A stretch of DNA of 64,000 bases from an uncultured Acidobacteriota bacterium (GCA_963741955.1 CAVUKB010000007.1:1152001-1216000), one strand, 5' to 3'. Numbered from the stretch's first letter, positions 12,705 to 24,188 are shown. Numbers and translations: made by a program. The notes: generated by a model not told the origin, from the letters alone.

Positions 12705-12879
12705 TGTCTCCTCCGGTCGTTCTGAGTGCACGCTGACGGAGCGGTTCACGGCAATGCCCGCGCGTGCACGAAACGTGTATTCTACCGTTTGACGCAGCGC
12801 GCTCTCCCGGGGTTCCGAACCGCGGCGGCGCACGACGCCAGTCTGCGTTCGGAAGGATGCGGGGAAGGCAAAAATTCCG

Positions 12880-13800
12880 ATGCTCAAACCTCTATCCACG
12901 GGATCCAGAGGCCCGGGCTCTCTCGAATTCTTCAAAATGTCGGGGGCGGGCAACGACTTCGTCGTGGTCGACAACCGCAGCGGTGCGGTTCGCGATCCGT
13001 CGACGCTCGCGCGAAAACTCTGCACCCGGCGGCTCTCAGTCGGAGCGGATGGTCTGATCCTGATCGAGAGCTCTGCCCGCGCGACCTTTCGGATGCGTTA
13101 CTTCAATGCGGACGGATCGCTCGCGGACTTCTGCGCCAACGGCACCCGTTGCGCGGCGCGGTTCGCTCTGCTCAACGTGATCGCATCGCGAAGAATGACG
13201 ATCGAGACCGGCGCGGCGGTGGTTCCCGCCGAAGTGGTCGACCAGCGCGTGACGCTCTCGATCTCGCCGCCTTCCGGATTCGAGGCGATCCGTCCTCTCG
13301 CCATCCGAAGCGGACGTGAGATTCGCGGCAGCTTCCTGCGAGTCGGAGTGCCTCATTACGTGATCTTCGTCCGGGAAGGACTGTGGGAGCGCGACATCGA
13401 CGCGCTGGGAAGAGAGATCCGGCATCATCCAGATCTCCAGCCGGACGGCGCCAACGTCAACTTCGTCACCATTCGCGGACGGAACGATCTCGACATCCGC
13501 ACCTGGGAGCGCGGGGTGGAAGCAGAAACCCTCGCCTGCGGGTCCGGAGTCGTCGCGTCGGTCTCCGTCAGCGCCATCTCGGGGCGGGTCGAATCTCCGG
13601 TACGTGTCCGCACGCGAAGCGGCGTCATTCTGACCGTGACCTTCTCCGGCGGCTCGTCAGCCGACGGGCCGCGCATCGGCGCTCTCACCCTCTCGGGCGA
13701 CGCGCGGGTCGTCTATCGTGGAGTTCTCCTGCCCGAGGCGACGGAAGGATTCGATCCGGAGTGGGTGGCGCACCCGACGGAAAACGTGCTGGAATCGTAG
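12880..13800 (+). CDS. dapF: Diaminopimelate epimerase
   Basis: KMSGAGNDF, NADGS..FCANGTRC, GVPH, GANVNF, WERGVEAETLACGSG. Confidence 0.95.
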   Translation: MLKPLSTGSRGPGSLEFFKMSGAGNDFVVVDNRSGAVRDPSTLARKLCTRRLSVGADGLILIESSARATFRMRYFNADGSLADFCANGTRCAARFALLNVIASRRMTIETGAAVVPAEVVDQRVTLSISPPSGFEAIRPLAIRSGREIRGSFLRVGVPHYVIFVREGLWERDIDALGREIRHHPDLQPDGANVNFVTIRGRNDLDIRTWERGVEAETLACGSGVVASVSVSAISGRVESPVRVRTRSGVILTVTFSGGSSADGPRIGALTLSGDARVVYRGVLLPEATEGFDPEWVAHPTENVLES

Positions 13801-13808
13801 AACCGACC

Positions 13809-15377
13809 GTGGACCGGACTCCCATCTCCTTTCTCCGCGCGGCTGCACTCGCAGCGTCTGTCGCGCTCGCCGCATGGCTGATCGTGTCGGCACGCGCGGA
13901 CCAGACGCCCGTCGACACGGCCCTTCCGCTCTTCGCAGCATCAGCGGCCTTCGCTTCCTGGTTCGGCTCGAGCGTCGTGAGCCGGAGAGCGCTGCCGGTC
14001 CCGGCGCTCCTGATGCTGCTGGCGGAGATTGCGATCGCGCATCCGGCGGAGCGGATGCTGGTTCTCGGAGTGCTGCTGCTCGCGTCGGTGGCGGGAGCGA
14101 TCATCTCGTCGGTCGGCGCGGGCGGGATCGCCACGTTCGACGCGTCCGTCCTCCTGATGATGGCGGCGGTACCGGCCCGGCTGATCGGATTCGACTGGAG
14201 TGCCGCCGCGGTGCTCGCCGGCTCGGTCGCGCTGATCGTGGCGATGGCGGACGACGGCTACGTTCGTCCGGCAGGGTTGCTTCTCGCCATCGCGATCTCG
14301 ATCAGCGCACCGGTGGAGCCGGCGCGCCTCCTGGTCTGGCCGTTCCTTCTCGCGATGCTGCTGCGTTCGATGAAGATGCCATCGGTGATCTCTCTCACGG
14401 CATTGGCTGCTGCTGCGCTGCTGGCCGGGAAGTGGGCCATTCCGATTGCGGTCGTCCCGTTCGTACTTCTCCTGGTGAAGCGCGAAGTGCCGTCATTCAC
14501 GCCTCCCATGATTCCGGTTGCGCTCACGAAAATCGGGTCGCTCGTTCTCCCGCGGGCGGTGCTGTTCGATCCCGGGATCGGATCCGATCTCGCCGCCTCT
14601 CCCTGGAGTGCCCGTCTGGTCGTGCTCCTTCTTGCGGGGGGTGCAGTCGTTCTACGTCCGGCGATCGGCCTCTTCTACGCCCTCACTGCCATTGCAATCG
14701 CGACCGTCACGGCGGATCGTCGCCTCTCGCGTGTCCCCCTGGTTCTCGCGGTATTCGTCTCGGCGATGCTCGCTCTCATCGCGTGGAGCGGAGCGATCGA
14801 CGCGGGATTCCCCCTCCCGCTTCCGATCTGGTCGCTGGCGCTCGTGGCGGCGATCGCCGTCGTGCCGGCCTTCGATCCCCGCGCGCTGGTCACCGGAGCC
14901 GTTGCGGCGACGGCGTTCTTCGCGCTCCTCGCGACGCGTTCCGACGTGCGGCGGGTCGAAGTCGGGATGGAGGCGACGCCGGCGAAGGAAGCGTCGTTCG
15001 TCCTTCCCCGCAATGACGGAACGGTCGACCTCCTCCTCTCCGGTACGAATCTGGCGGGAGGAGAGCTCGGGACTCCGGTTGCATTCATCGACGCGGTCGA
15101 TGGAAGAGGGCGCGGATTCCGGCGGACGGTGAGGATCGGTGACGTCGCGGACTGGGGTGCGTTCCGTCCTTCGATGTGGTTTCGTACCGAAAATTCGATT
15201 CCGTTCCGCCCGGCGGGCGAGATCACGGGCTCGGGGCCCCGTTCCTGGATCCGCGGTACGGGGCGGGTTCGGATCAAGGTGCCGGAGCCCCTCCGTGCCG
15301 TGTCGGTGAGAATCGGTAGTGATGTTCCGTCCGGCGCCGCAATCGTGATCGAATCGGTCGAGGTGCCGTCCCGATGA
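13809..15377 (+). CDS. Polytopic membrane protein with C-terminal soluble domain, function unknown
   Basis: Many hydrophobic segments; ATGA overlap with next gene; GTG start at 13809 inferred. Confidence 0.6.
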   Translation: MDRTPISFLRAAALAASVALAAWLIVSARADQTPVDTALPLFAASAAFASWFGSSVVSRRALPVPALLMLLAEIAIAHPAERMLVLGVLLLASVAGAIISSVGAGGIATFDASVLLMMAAVPARLIGFDWSAAAVLAGSVALIVAMADDGYVRPAGLLLAIAISISAPVEPARLLVWPFLLAMLLRSMKMPSVISLTALAAAALLAGKWAIPIAVVPFVLLLVKREVPSFTPPMIPVALTKIGSLVLPRAVLFDPGIGSDLAASPWSARLVVLLLAGGAVVLRPAIGLFYALTAIAIATVTADRRLSRVPLVLAVFVSAMLALIAWSGAIDAGFPLPLPIWSLALVAAIAVVPAFDPRALVTGAVAATAFFALLATRSDVRRVEVGMEATPAKEASFVLPRNDGTVDLLLSGTNLAGGELGTPVAFIDAVDGRGRGFRRTVRIGDVADWGAFRPSMWFRTENSIPFRPAGEITGSGPRSWIRGTGRVRIKVPEPLRAVSVRIGSDVPSGAAIVIESVEVPSR

Positions 15378-17317
15378 GTGCTCTCCTCGTCACGGCTGGC
15401 GCCTTCGGAGCGATACTCGCATCCTTTCCGTACCTCGTTCTGCGTGCACCGGTCCGAAAGCCGTACGCACTCTGGGACGCCGCGTCGTACGCGTTCGTGG
15501 TTGCGCTTCTGCTGTTGCGCGGAGCTCTGCGAGTCGAGATCGATCCGGCACTCGCTCTCGGGATCTTCGTCGTCGTGAAACTCGCAGGCTTTGCGGCCTT
15601 CGCGGTCACGGCGGAGGAGAGCCGGAACCTCAGATGGTCACCGCTGATCGCGGCGCTCCTGGCCGGAGCGGTGTATCTCGCTCTCATCCCTTCGGTGCTC
15701 CGCTATCCGCTCGATGGCGACGAGCCGTACTACGTTCTGATCGCGGAATCGATCCGCCATGACGGCGATCTCGATCTCGCCAATCAGTACGCAGAGATCG
15801 CACATTCGCCTGTCGGGCGGCCGAACCTGGGGCCGCAGCTGGGAGATCCGCGGGGATCTCACGGCGAGCAGTACTCCCGGCACGAGCCGTTTCTTCCTCT
15901 CCTTCTCGTTCCGGGTCTCACCGTCGCCGGGATTCCGGGTGCCGTCGCGACGATCGCTCTCTTCGGGGCCCTGCTGGTCTGGTCGACACTGCGATGGCTC
16001 GAGGAGGAAGGAGTCTCGAGACGCGCGGCGCTGCTGGTGTGGCCCTTCCTCGCATTCGGACCTCCGGTGATCGACTACTCGCTCCGGATCTGGCCGGCCG
16101 TTCCGGCAGCCTTCTTTTTCGTGCAGTCCGTCCGCGCGATTCGAAGCCGCCGCACCACGGCGGCGGGCGTCTGGCTCCTTCTACTCGCTCTCCTCAAGCT
16201 TCGCCTTCTCCTCATCGCGGCACCGCTCGCGCTCGTGCTGCTCGCCCGCCAGAGGGAGCGGTGGACGCGAGCCGCGTGGACCCTCCCGTTGCTCGCGATC
16301 CCGTTCGCTGTTCTCTGGTTCAGTTCGGGCCGGCCGCTCGGTGTTCATGCAGCGGGAGAGCTGCTTCCCCTCGTGTCGACCCGGTATCTGATCGGGATGT
16401 TCGGAACGCTTCTCGATGCACAGCGCGGACTCCTCTTTCAGGCTCCGCTCTGGTTCGCCGGAGCCCTGGCGCTGCTGCAGTGGGTCCGCCTTCCGGAAGG
16501 AGTGAAGATCGGCGCCATCGGCGTGATCCCTTATCTCGTGGTTCTCTTCCCGCGCGCCGAATGGCACGGCGGGTGGGCCCCTCCGCTGCGTTACATCGTC
16601 TTTCTCGTACCCCTTCTCGCGATCGCGTCCGCGACGGTGATCGAGAAACTCGTCCGGCGGGGATTCTTCCCCTGGATCGCGCTCTGGACCATGGGGCTCA
16701 CGGCTTACGGGATCGCATATCCGTTCGGCCTCTTTCACATCGAGAACGGCGAGAGCCGCTTCGGCGAATATCTTTCCCATCTCTACCACGCCGATTTCTC
16801 CCGGCTCCTTCCGAGCTTCGTCCGGGTGAACGAGGCCGCTGTGATCGCGTCGGCGATCCTCGCGGCTGGAGTGATCATCGGTGCGCTGACGCGGAGACGC
16901 GAGTGGCGGATGGAGCCGAAACATTCGTTCAGTGTGGCCGTCGCTGCCCTGGTGATCGCCGGAGGATTCCGCCTCGGGATGCAGCCAGCGGCGGTGGTGC
17001 AGTTCGAAGATGCCCACGTGATCCGCGAGGGGGGAGAGCTGTATCCGAAACGGTGGACCGTCGCCCGCTTCCTTTACACCGGAGGTTGGAGACTGACGCC
17101 CGGATCGCGTCTCGAGTTCCGATTCCGCAGCGGCAGCTCGCTGCTGTGGTATTCGTCGGATGGAGACGTGACCCTCGACGTGGATGGCAAAGTGGTGACG
17201 CTTCCACCGACCGACGGAAGGTTTCTTCCGTTCCGGATTCAGGTGCCGGCCCGGGAGGAGCATTCGATCCTCGCCGTTTCGGGGGAGGCGATCGTCGATC
17301 GGATCGAGCATGAATGA
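15374..17317 (+). CDS. GT-C-like polytopic membrane glycosyltransferase
   Basis: GDEPYY acidic loop after TM region, DGDLDLANQY, GLLFQAP, W.GGW.PP.RY; many TMs; lies in a glycosyltransferase operon. Confidence 0.65.
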   Translation: MSALLVTAGAFGAILASFPYLVLRAPVRKPYALWDAASYAFVVALLLLRGALRVEIDPALALGIFVVVKLAGFAAFAVTAEESRNLRWSPLIAALLAGAVYLALIPSVLRYPLDGDEPYYVLIAESIRHDGDLDLANQYAEIAHSPVGRPNLGPQLGDPRGSHGEQYSRHEPFLPLLLVPGLTVAGIPGAVATIALFGALLVWSTLRWLEEEGVSRRAALLVWPFLAFGPPVIDYSLRIWPAVPAAFFFVQSVRAIRSRRTTAAGVWLLLLALLKLRLLLIAAPLALVLLARQRERWTRAAWTLPLLAIPFAVLWFSSGRPLGVHAAGELLPLVSTRYLIGMFGTLLDAQRGLLFQAPLWFAGALALLQWVRLPEGVKIGAIGVIPYLVVLFPRAEWHGGWAPPLRYIVFLVPLLAIASATVIEKLVRRGFFPWIALWTMGLTAYGIAYPFGLFHIENGESRFGEYLSHLYHADFSRLLPSFVRVNEAAVIASAILAAGVIIGALTRRREWRMEPKHSFSVAVAALVIAGGFRLGMQPAAVVQFEDAHVIREGGELYPKRWTVARFLYTGGWRLTPGSRLEFRFRSGSSLLWYSSDGDVTLDVDGKVVTLPPTDGRFLPFRIQVPAREEHSILAVSGEAIVDRIEHE

Positions 17318-18167
17318 CGTGGAGGTAGTTGTTCTCGATCTCGATGGAGGAGCGATGCTCCTCGAGTGCATCGACTCGCTGGCGCGGCAGAGCTCTCCGC
17401 CGCGACGGATCATCGTGGTCGACAACGGATCGGACGAGCCGGTCGCAACGCGAGTCGCCGGGCATCGCTGGCTTTTCGAAGTGACCCTCCTTCGGAGCGA
17501 GGAGAATCTCGGGTTCACGGGCGGCGTGAATCTGGCGATGCAGCAGGTGACGGCACCCTTCGTCGCGTTGATCAACAACGACGTGGTCCTCGATCCCGGC
17601 TGGATGGAAAGCCTGCGCAGGATCTTCGACGCCGATGTCCGGCTCGCGGCAGCACAGTCGGTCATCCGATCCGCGGATGGAAGTGTCGATGGTGCGGGTG
17701 TGGTGATTGCCGAAGGACGGATCGTCCAGCAGGGGCACGGCCGCCCGATCGCAGAGCTCGATCCGGTCGCTCCGTGGGGAGTCTCCGCGACCGCGGCACT
17801 CTTCCGGAGCGCGGCGCTCAGAGACGTCGCCATCCGCGACGACGTACTCCACCCGGCGTTCTTCGCGTATTACGAAGACGTGGAGCTCGCAGCCCGGCTG
17901 GCCGAGCGCGGGTGGAGAGTGGCGCTCGAGCCGCAGCCTCTCGCGACGCATGGCGCGTCGCGTTCCGCTTTCCGCCTCCCGGCTGCGCCGCGGTTGCGGG
18001 TCCGGAACCGCTACTGGGTCTGGAGACTTCACCGCGCCGGACGGCTCGCAGCACTGCTGAACGAGAATTTCCGCCAGATCGTACGGGCGCTCTCCCGTAT
18101 CCGCATCCGGGAAGCGGCGACGATCGTGCGAGGCGTGTTCGACGGTCTGATCCGCAGGATCGGGTAG
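17310..18167 (+). CDS. Glycosyltransferase family 2
   Basis: IVVDNGS, ENLGFTGGVN, LINND, FFAYYEDVE. Confidence 0.9.
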   Translation: MNDVEVVVLDLDGGAMLLECIDSLARQSSPPRRIIVVDNGSDEPVATRVAGHRWLFEVTLLRSEENLGFTGGVNLAMQQVTAPFVALINNDVVLDPGWMESLRRIFDADVRLAAAQSVIRSADGSVDGAGVVIAEGRIVQQGHGRPIAELDPVAPWGVSATAALFRSAALRDVAIRDDVLHPAFFAYYEDVELAARLAERGWRVALEPQPLATHGASRSAFRLPAAPRLRVRNRYWVWRLHRAGRLAALLNENFRQIVRALSRIRIREAATIVRGVFDGLIRRIG

Positions 18168-18258
18168 CCCCCCCGGCGGCCGCGGATCGCGTCTCGCGAC
18201 CCGGACCTCCCTGTCGCAACCTGTCTTTCGCTCAACGATTGTGGTATCTCCCGAACCG

Positions 18259-19398
18259 ATGAAGGTCGTCGTCTACACCGCCGACGTCGTCGGAGAGCAG
18301 ATGGCCGGTCCGGGGATCCGGGCCTGGCATCTCGCCCGCGAGCTCGCTGCGCGGTTCGAGACGACACTCATCGCCCGGCTCGATGGTGTTCCTCCGGGCG
18401 AAGAGAAGGCTGCGCCGCTGCGGCTCGGATCGGAGGACGCGGCTCGGGCCTTGAGCGGCGCGGACGTTCTGATCGGCCAGCCGGAGGATGCACTCCTCCG
18501 CCGCGCGGGTTCGCAGCGGGTGATCTTCGATCTCTTCGATCCGAACGTCCTCGAACTGCGGGAGCTGTACCGTGACTCACATTCGCCGCGGGAGTGGCTG
18601 CACGAGACGATGGAATGGAGACGGCTGCGACGCGCGCTCGCGACGGGAGCTGCGCTCGTCGCAGCATCTCGAGCTCAAATCGGGTTTTACTCCGGCATCC
18701 GGGCGGGTGAACGGCGCACAGCCGCGGGGTGGAGCGAGCGGTGGATGGAAGTGCCGTTCGGCATCCCCGATGAGCCTCCCTCCGGCGAGCCGCCGGCGAT
18801 GATCAGGAATGGCGACCCGGTGATCATCTGGGGCGGAGGAATGTGGGAATGGCTCGACCCCGAGCTCGCGATCGACGCCGTGGTCGAGCTGAACCGGCGC
18901 GGAACGCGATGCCGGCTCCTTTTTCTCGGCGGCGCCCGCCCTCATGCCGGATCCATAAGAGCCGGAAAGCCCGGAAGGATGGAAGAAAAAGTCCGGGCGG
19001 CGGGTGACCGCGTCCTTCTCAATCGCGAGTGGGTCCCGTACGCGGAGAGGGGAAGGTGGCTTCTCGGCAGCCGTGGTGCGATCATGCTTCATCGGAGCAC
19101 CATGGAGGCGGAATTCTCCATTCGTACCCGTTTGTTCGATGCGCTCTGGTGCGGAGTTCCGGTCATCGCAACCCGAGGGGGGTTCGCGGCAGACCTCGTG
19201 AACGAGGAAGGACTCGGGATCGTGACGGAGGCGGGTGACCTCGAATCGGTGGTCGAGGGGATGAGGCGGATGGTCGAGGACGACGTTTCTCACGCGAGGT
19301 CCGTAAAGAGTATGGAACGGGTCCGTTCCCGGTTCCTCTGGAGGAGCGTGGCGGCTCCCCTGATCGAAAGAATCGAAGGATGGCGATCAGCACGATGA
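18259..19398 (+). CDS. Glycosyltransferase (GT-B fold, GT4-like)
   Basis: MAGPGIR, FDLFDP, IIWGGG.WEWLDP, E.FSIRTRLFDALW.GVPVI. Confidence 0.85.
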   Translation: MKVVVYTADVVGEQMAGPGIRAWHLARELAARFETTLIARLDGVPPGEEKAAPLRLGSEDAARALSGADVLIGQPEDALLRRAGSQRVIFDLFDPNVLELRELYRDSHSPREWLHETMEWRRLRRALATGAALVAASRAQIGFYSGIRAGERRTAAGWSERWMEVPFGIPDEPPSGEPPAMIRNGDPVIIWGGGMWEWLDPELAIDAVVELNRRGTRCRLLFLGGARPHAGSIRAGKPGRMEEKVRAAGDRVLLNREWVPYAERGRWLLGSRGAIMLHRSTMEAEFSIRTRLFDALWCGVPVIATRGGFAADLVNEEGLGIVTEAGDLESVVEGMRRMVEDDVSHARSVKSMERVRSRFLWRSVAAPLIERIEGWRSAR

Positions 19399-20435
19399 CG
19401 ATTGCGGAACTCGCACGGCAGCGCCCGGTCGTCCCTCTCCGTGCGGAGAAGCCGGGTACAGCGGCACCGCGGCCGGAGCTCGCCCCCAAGGTTTCGGTTC
19501 TCATCGTGACCTGGAACAGCGCGGCGTGGATCGGGCGATGCCTCGGCGCCGTTCCCGCGGCATGCGGCGACGTCCCATGGGAAGTGATCGTCCACGACAA
19601 CGCCTCCTCCGATGAAACCGTCGATCTCGCGAGAGGGTTCCGCGACCGGGTCAGCGTCGCTTCCGACGACGCCAACAGCGGATTCGCCGGCGGAATGAAC
19701 CGCGCTCTGGAGCGTGCACGGGGAGAGTACGTCCTGTTTCTCAACCCCGACTGCGAGCTCGACCCCGATTCCGTCCGGACGCTCGCTTCCTATCTCGACA
19801 GCGAGCCTGCGGTCGCTGCCGTCGCTCCACTTCTTCACGGGGAAGACGGGCTTCCCCAGCGTGAGTTCCAGCTCCGGCGATTCCCGACGGTTCGTTCCCT
19901 CGTTTCGGATCTGCTCCTTCTGGACGAACTGATTCCGTCGAACGGCGCGGCTCACAGCTACCGCTATCGCGATCTCGACATCTCTCTGCCTCAAGCGGTC
20001 GAGCAACCCGCCGGGGCGGCGTTGATGGTCCGCCGTTCCGTTCTGCAGCGTGTGGGCTCGTTCGACGAGCGATTCTTCCCGGCCTGGTTCGAAGACGTCG
20101 ACCTCTGTCGCCGGCTGTGGGAGAGTGGCGGTGCGATTCACCTCGTGCCGTCGGCACGTGCGACGCACCGCGGCGGCGTCTGTCTCGACCACGTCGAGTT
20201 CGCCGAGTTTCTTTCGATCTGGTACCGGAACCTCGCGCTCTACGCATCGAAGTGGTTCCGTCGCGGTGACGTGGAGCTGCTCCGGATCGCGACGCTCCTC
20301 GGCATGAGCCTCCGCATCCTCGCCACCGCGGCCGGTCTCGGCCGCTCACCACTCCGCCGCCGTGAGACCCTTCGCGCCTATCGCCGGGTGCTGGGAGAAG
20401 CGTTCCGTCGATGGGAAGAGTCTCCGTCGTCCTGA
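19395..20435 (+). CDS. Glycosyltransferase family 2
   Basis: VTWNS, DNASSD, NSGFAGG, FLNPD, FDERFFPAWFEDVDLC; ATGA overlap. Confidence 0.9.
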   Translation: MTIAELARQRPVVPLRAEKPGTAAPRPELAPKVSVLIVTWNSAAWIGRCLGAVPAACGDVPWEVIVHDNASSDETVDLARGFRDRVSVASDDANSGFAGGMNRALERARGEYVLFLNPDCELDPDSVRTLASYLDSEPAVAAVAPLLHGEDGLPQREFQLRRFPTVRSLVSDLLLLDELIPSNGAAHSYRYRDLDISLPQAVEQPAGAALMVRRSVLQRVGSFDERFFPAWFEDVDLCRRLWESGGAIHLVPSARATHRGGVCLDHVEFAEFLSIWYRNLALYASKWFRRGDVELLRIATLLGMSLRILATAAGLGRSPLRRRETLRAYRRVLGEAFRRWEESPSS

Positions 20436-21382
20436 TCACATGGAATAGCGCCACGTGGCTCCGGCGCTGTCTCGAGGGGATCGCCGGACAGAGCTGGGGC
20501 GAGCTCGAAGTCATCGTCATCGACAACGCCTCTTCCGATGAATCGGTCGCGATCCTCGAGAGCTCCGGTGTTCCGCTCCGGATCGTCCGCAATCGCGAGA
20601 ACGCCGGTTTCGCCCCGGCCGCGAACCAGGGGATCGCACATGCGAGCGGCGAGTGGGTTCTCCTTCTCAACCCCGACGTCTATCTCGCACCGGACTACGT
20701 CGAGAGTCTGGTCCGGGCGCTGGAAGGTGCGGGAGAACGGTTCGGCTCGGCCACCGGGAAGCTGTTGCGTGGCATCGGCGGCGGGATCGAGCCGACCTCC
20801 GTCGTCGACTCCCTCGGGATTCGGATGACCCGGAGCGGCCGCCATCTCGACATCGGTGCCGGGACCGACGACCGCAACGACACAGTCACGCAGGAAGTGT
20901 TCGGTGTCTCCGGCGCTGCGGCTCTCTACCGTCGGTCGTTCCTCGATGACGCAGCGATTGAGGGTCAGGTCTTCGATGAGAACTTTTTTGCGTACCGGGA
21001 GGATGCCGACCTCTCCTGGAGAGGGAGGCTCTTCGGGTGGTGCGCTCTCTCGGTTCCGGCGGCGGTGGGATGGCACGTGCGGCGGGTCACCCCGGAAGTC
21101 CGGCGCTCACTTCCGTCGGCGATCAACATGCACTCGGTGAAGAACCGCTTTCTGCTCCGGATCTCGAACGAAGGCGCGGGAGTCGCGCTGAGAAACTTTC
21201 CGTTCGAGCTGCTGCGTGACGCGACGGTGATCGGAGCGACCCTGACCGTTGAGCGGTCCTCTCTTCCGGCACTGCGCTGGTTGTGGCAACATCGCCGCGA
21301 GGCGATGCAGAAGCGAAGAGTCGTCCAGTCGAGACGGAGAGTTCCGGATCGCGAGATCGCGCGGTGGTTCAGGGGATGGTGA
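20411..21382 (+). CDS. Glycosyltransferase family 2
   Basis: ITWNS, IDNASSD, NAGFA, LLNPD, FDENFFAYREDADLSWR. Confidence 0.9.
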   Translation: MGRVSVVLITWNSATWLRRCLEGIAGQSWGELEVIVIDNASSDESVAILESSGVPLRIVRNRENAGFAPAANQGIAHASGEWVLLLNPDVYLAPDYVESLVRALEGAGERFGSATGKLLRGIGGGIEPTSVVDSLGIRMTRSGRHLDIGAGTDDRNDTVTQEVFGVSGAAALYRRSFLDDAAIEGQVFDENFFAYREDADLSWRGRLFGWCALSVPAAVGWHVRRVTPEVRRSLPSAINMHSVKNRFLLRISNEGAGVALRNFPFELLRDATVIGATLTVERSSLPALRWLWQHRREAMQKRRVVQSRRRVPDREIARWFRGW

Positions 21383-22488
21383 GCGAGGGCCCGAAACTCT
21401 CGGTCGCGATCCTCGGAACCCGCGGAGTCCCGCCTCGCTATGGAGGATTCGAGACGTTCGCCGCGGAGCTGGGGAAGCGACTGGTCGCTCGCGGGCACCG
21501 GGTCACTGTCTACTGTCGCGCCGCTCTCTACCCTGACGCGCCCCGCGAGTGGGAAGGAATCCGGCGCGTCGATCTCCCCGCCTTCGGCCACAAGTACCTC
21601 GAGACCGTCACCCATACTCTCGTGTCGGGCCTCCACGCGATGAGTGAGGCCTATGACGTTGCGCTCGTCTGCAACGCTGCGAACGCGTTCGTCCTCCCGT
21701 TGCTGCGCTCCGCCCGAATTCCGGTCGCGATCAACGTCGACGGGATCGAGCGGAAACGGAAGAAGTGGAACGCGCTCGGCCGGATGGTCTACCACGCCGG
21801 CGAGGCGCTCTCGGTCTCCCGCTCGGATGCACTCGTCGCGGATGCGAGCGTCATCGCGGATTACTACCGGACCGAATTCGGGTGTCAGGCCCGAGTGATC
21901 CCGTACGGCTGCGAGTTTCCCGAAGAGAGCGAAAGCGACATTCTCCGGAGACTGGAAATTCTGCCCCGGCGGTATCTCCTGTACGTCAGCCGCTTCGAGC
22001 CCGAGAACAACGCCCTCGAGGTGGTCGAAGCGTACGGGCGGATCCGAGCGGAGCTTCCCCTGGTGATGGTCGGTGATGCGCCCTACGCGAAAGACTACAT
22101 CGCCCGGGTGCGGAGTGCGGCTGACGAGCGGGTTCTCTTTCCGGGAGCCGTTTACGGGATCGACTACCGCACCCTGCAGCGGAATGCCCTCCTTTACATC
22201 CAGGCGACCGAAATCGGAGGGACGCACCCCGCCCTGATCGAAGCGATGGCTTCGGGAGGCGCAGTCCTCGCCAACGGCACGCCCGAGAACCGAGAGGTGG
22301 GGGGAGATGCGGTCCGCTACTTCAGCCTTGGCGAAGGTGAGACCCTTTCCGCGCTCCTTCGCGAGCTTCTGAGTCGACCCGGAGACATCGAGAACCTCCG
22401 GCCGCCCGCGCGCCGCCGTGCGCTGCACCTCTATGGGTGGGAAGGAGTCACCGACCGGTACGAGAAACTCTTTCGCGAGCTGCGGTGA
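21376..22488 (+). CDS. Glycosyltransferase family 4 (DUF1972-type N-terminus)
   Basis: GTRGVPPRYGGFETF, NVDGIE, VSRFEPENN, GGTHPALIEAM. Confidence 0.9.
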   Translation: MVSEGPKLSVAILGTRGVPPRYGGFETFAAELGKRLVARGHRVTVYCRAALYPDAPREWEGIRRVDLPAFGHKYLETVTHTLVSGLHAMSEAYDVALVCNAANAFVLPLLRSARIPVAINVDGIERKRKKWNALGRMVYHAGEALSVSRSDALVADASVIADYYRTEFGCQARVIPYGCEFPEESESDILRRLEILPRRYLLYVSRFEPENNALEVVEAYGRIRAELPLVMVGDAPYAKDYIARVRSAADERVLFPGAVYGIDYRTLQRNALLYIQATEIGGTHPALIEAMASGGAVLANGTPENREVGGDAVRYFSLGEGETLSALLRELLSRPGDIENLRPPARRRALHLYGWEGVTDRYEKLFRELR

Positions 22489-22704
22489 CGGAAGCGTTTC
22501 GGAGGAAATTCGAGGGCGGACTAGACGTTTTGTTGGCGGGACGCGTATCTATCGGTCGAGACGGTTCAGCCGTCCGAAGGCGAGCCGGAAGTCCCTGCAC
22601 CTGTTGAGTTTGACCGAGATGACCAGAACGGCTAAAGTGGGCGCGGATCGACCGGGTCACCGGCGGCCCCGGGGTGGCATGGCGTCCGGGCGGCAGAGGT
22701 AACG

Positions 22705-24153
22705 ATGCTCAAGCAGCAAGCGAAACTCGTTGCTCGAATCGTATATCTGGTCGATGTCCTTCTCGTCGCGGCGGCGTTCTTCGCCGCGTTTTACTCCCGC
22801 GACTTCTTTTTCCCGCTTCTCGATCCCCGGGACTTCCCGACGGGCCTCTTTCCGCTCGCCCAATACCTGAAGATCTTCCCCATAGTGGTGATTATCTGGT
22901 CACTGCTGCTCTTCAACAACCGCAGCTACCACAGCCACCGGACCATCCCTCTGAAGAGTGAAGCGGTGGCGATCCTCCGGATCTGTTTCGTCGGCATCGT
23001 CTTCCTCGCGACGATCGCGTGGTTCGTTCCGCTGCCCCAGCTCTCCCGAAGCTGGTTCGTTCTCTTCGGTGGCTTTTCGACGCTCTTCCTTCTCTCGGAG
23101 AAACTCGTCGTCCGGGCACTCGCCCGCTACGTGCGCGCACGGGGAATGAATTACCGGACCATCCTCATCGTCGGGACGGGCCGGCGTGCCCGTGAGATCG
23201 TGAGTCTGATCGAAGGGCACCAGTACTGGGGTTACCGGATTCTCGGTTTCATCTCCGACGGTCACCGCCTGCCGAACGGGTGGGGACGGTTCCGCGTGCT
23301 CGGGACGATGGCCGATCTGCGGAAGATCATCGAGCACGGCATCGAGGGGCAGCGGGATGCGATCGACGAGATCATTTTCGCCGTTCCGCGCCGCAAGCTC
23401 GAGTCGATACGTTCGGTCTTTCTCCTTGCGGAGGAGCTGGGGATCCGGACCCGGGTGGCGATGAACTTCTTCCCCAGCCGGCTGGCACGGGTCGAGCTCG
23501 AAGACCTCGACGGAATTCCGCTGCTGACGTTTTCGACCACGCCGTCCGATATCGAGCAGCTCGCGATGAAGAGGGCGATCGACGTCGTTCTTTCGGCCGT
23601 GCTGCTCATTCTGGCGGCGCCGGTCGTCGGCATCTCTGCCTTGATCATCAAACTCAGTTCGCCCGGCGGCGTTCTTTTCAAGCAGGAGCGGATCGGATTG
23701 AACGGCCGTATTTTCACGCTGTACAAGTTCCGCACGATGATTGCGGATGCGCATCAGAGACGAATCGATTTCGAGCATCTCAACGAGATGTCGGGGCCGG
23801 TGTTCAAGGTGAAGAACGATCCTCGCGTCACTCCGGTCGGGAAGATCCTTCGGAAGTTCTCGCTCGACGAAATTCCGCAACTCTGGAATGTCCTCCGCGG
23901 CGACATGAGTATCGTCGGTCCGCGTCCGCCGATTCCGGAAGAAGTCTGGCGCTACCAGACCTGGCAGCGGCGCCGCCTTTCGATGAAACCGGGATTGACG
24001 TGCCTCTGGCAGGTGAGCGGCAGGAACAACGTCGACTTCGATCGCTGGATGCAGCTCGATCTCCAGTACATCGACAACTGGTCCCCGATTCTCGACCTCA
24101 AGATCATGCTCCGCACCATTCCGGTGGTTCTCTCCGGCCGCGGCGCGTTCTGA
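22705..24153 (+). CDS. Priming sugar transferase (WcaJ/WbaP-like undecaprenyl-phosphate hexose-1-phosphate transferase)
   Basis: N-terminal TMs, [62 protein letters not shown]. Confidence 0.93.
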   Translation: MLKQQAKLVARIVYLVDVLLVAAAFFAAFYSRDFFFPLLDPRDFPTGLFPLAQYLKIFPIVVIIWSLLLFNNRSYHSHRTIPLKSEAVAILRICFVGIVFLATIAWFVPLPQLSRSWFVLFGGFSTLFLLSEKLVVRALARYVRARGMNYRTILIVGTGRRAREIVSLIEGHQYWGYRILGFISDGHRLPNGWGRFRVLGTMADLRKIIEHGIEGQRDAIDEIIFAVPRRKLESIRSVFLLAEELGIRTRVAMNFFPSRLARVELEDLDGIPLLTFSTTPSDIEQLAMKRAIDVVLSAVLLILAAPVVGISALIIKLSSPGGVLFKQERIGLNGRIFTLYKFRTMIADAHQRRIDFEHLNEMSGPVFKVKNDPRVTPVGKILRKFSLDEIPQLWNVLRGDMSIVGPRPPIPEEVWRYQTWQRRRLSMKPGLTCLWQVSGRNNVDFDRWMQLDLQYIDNWSPILDLKIMLRTIPVVLSGRGAF

Positions 24154-24188
24154 TCCGCAGAGACTCTTCGTACGTCCTCCGCGCCGAA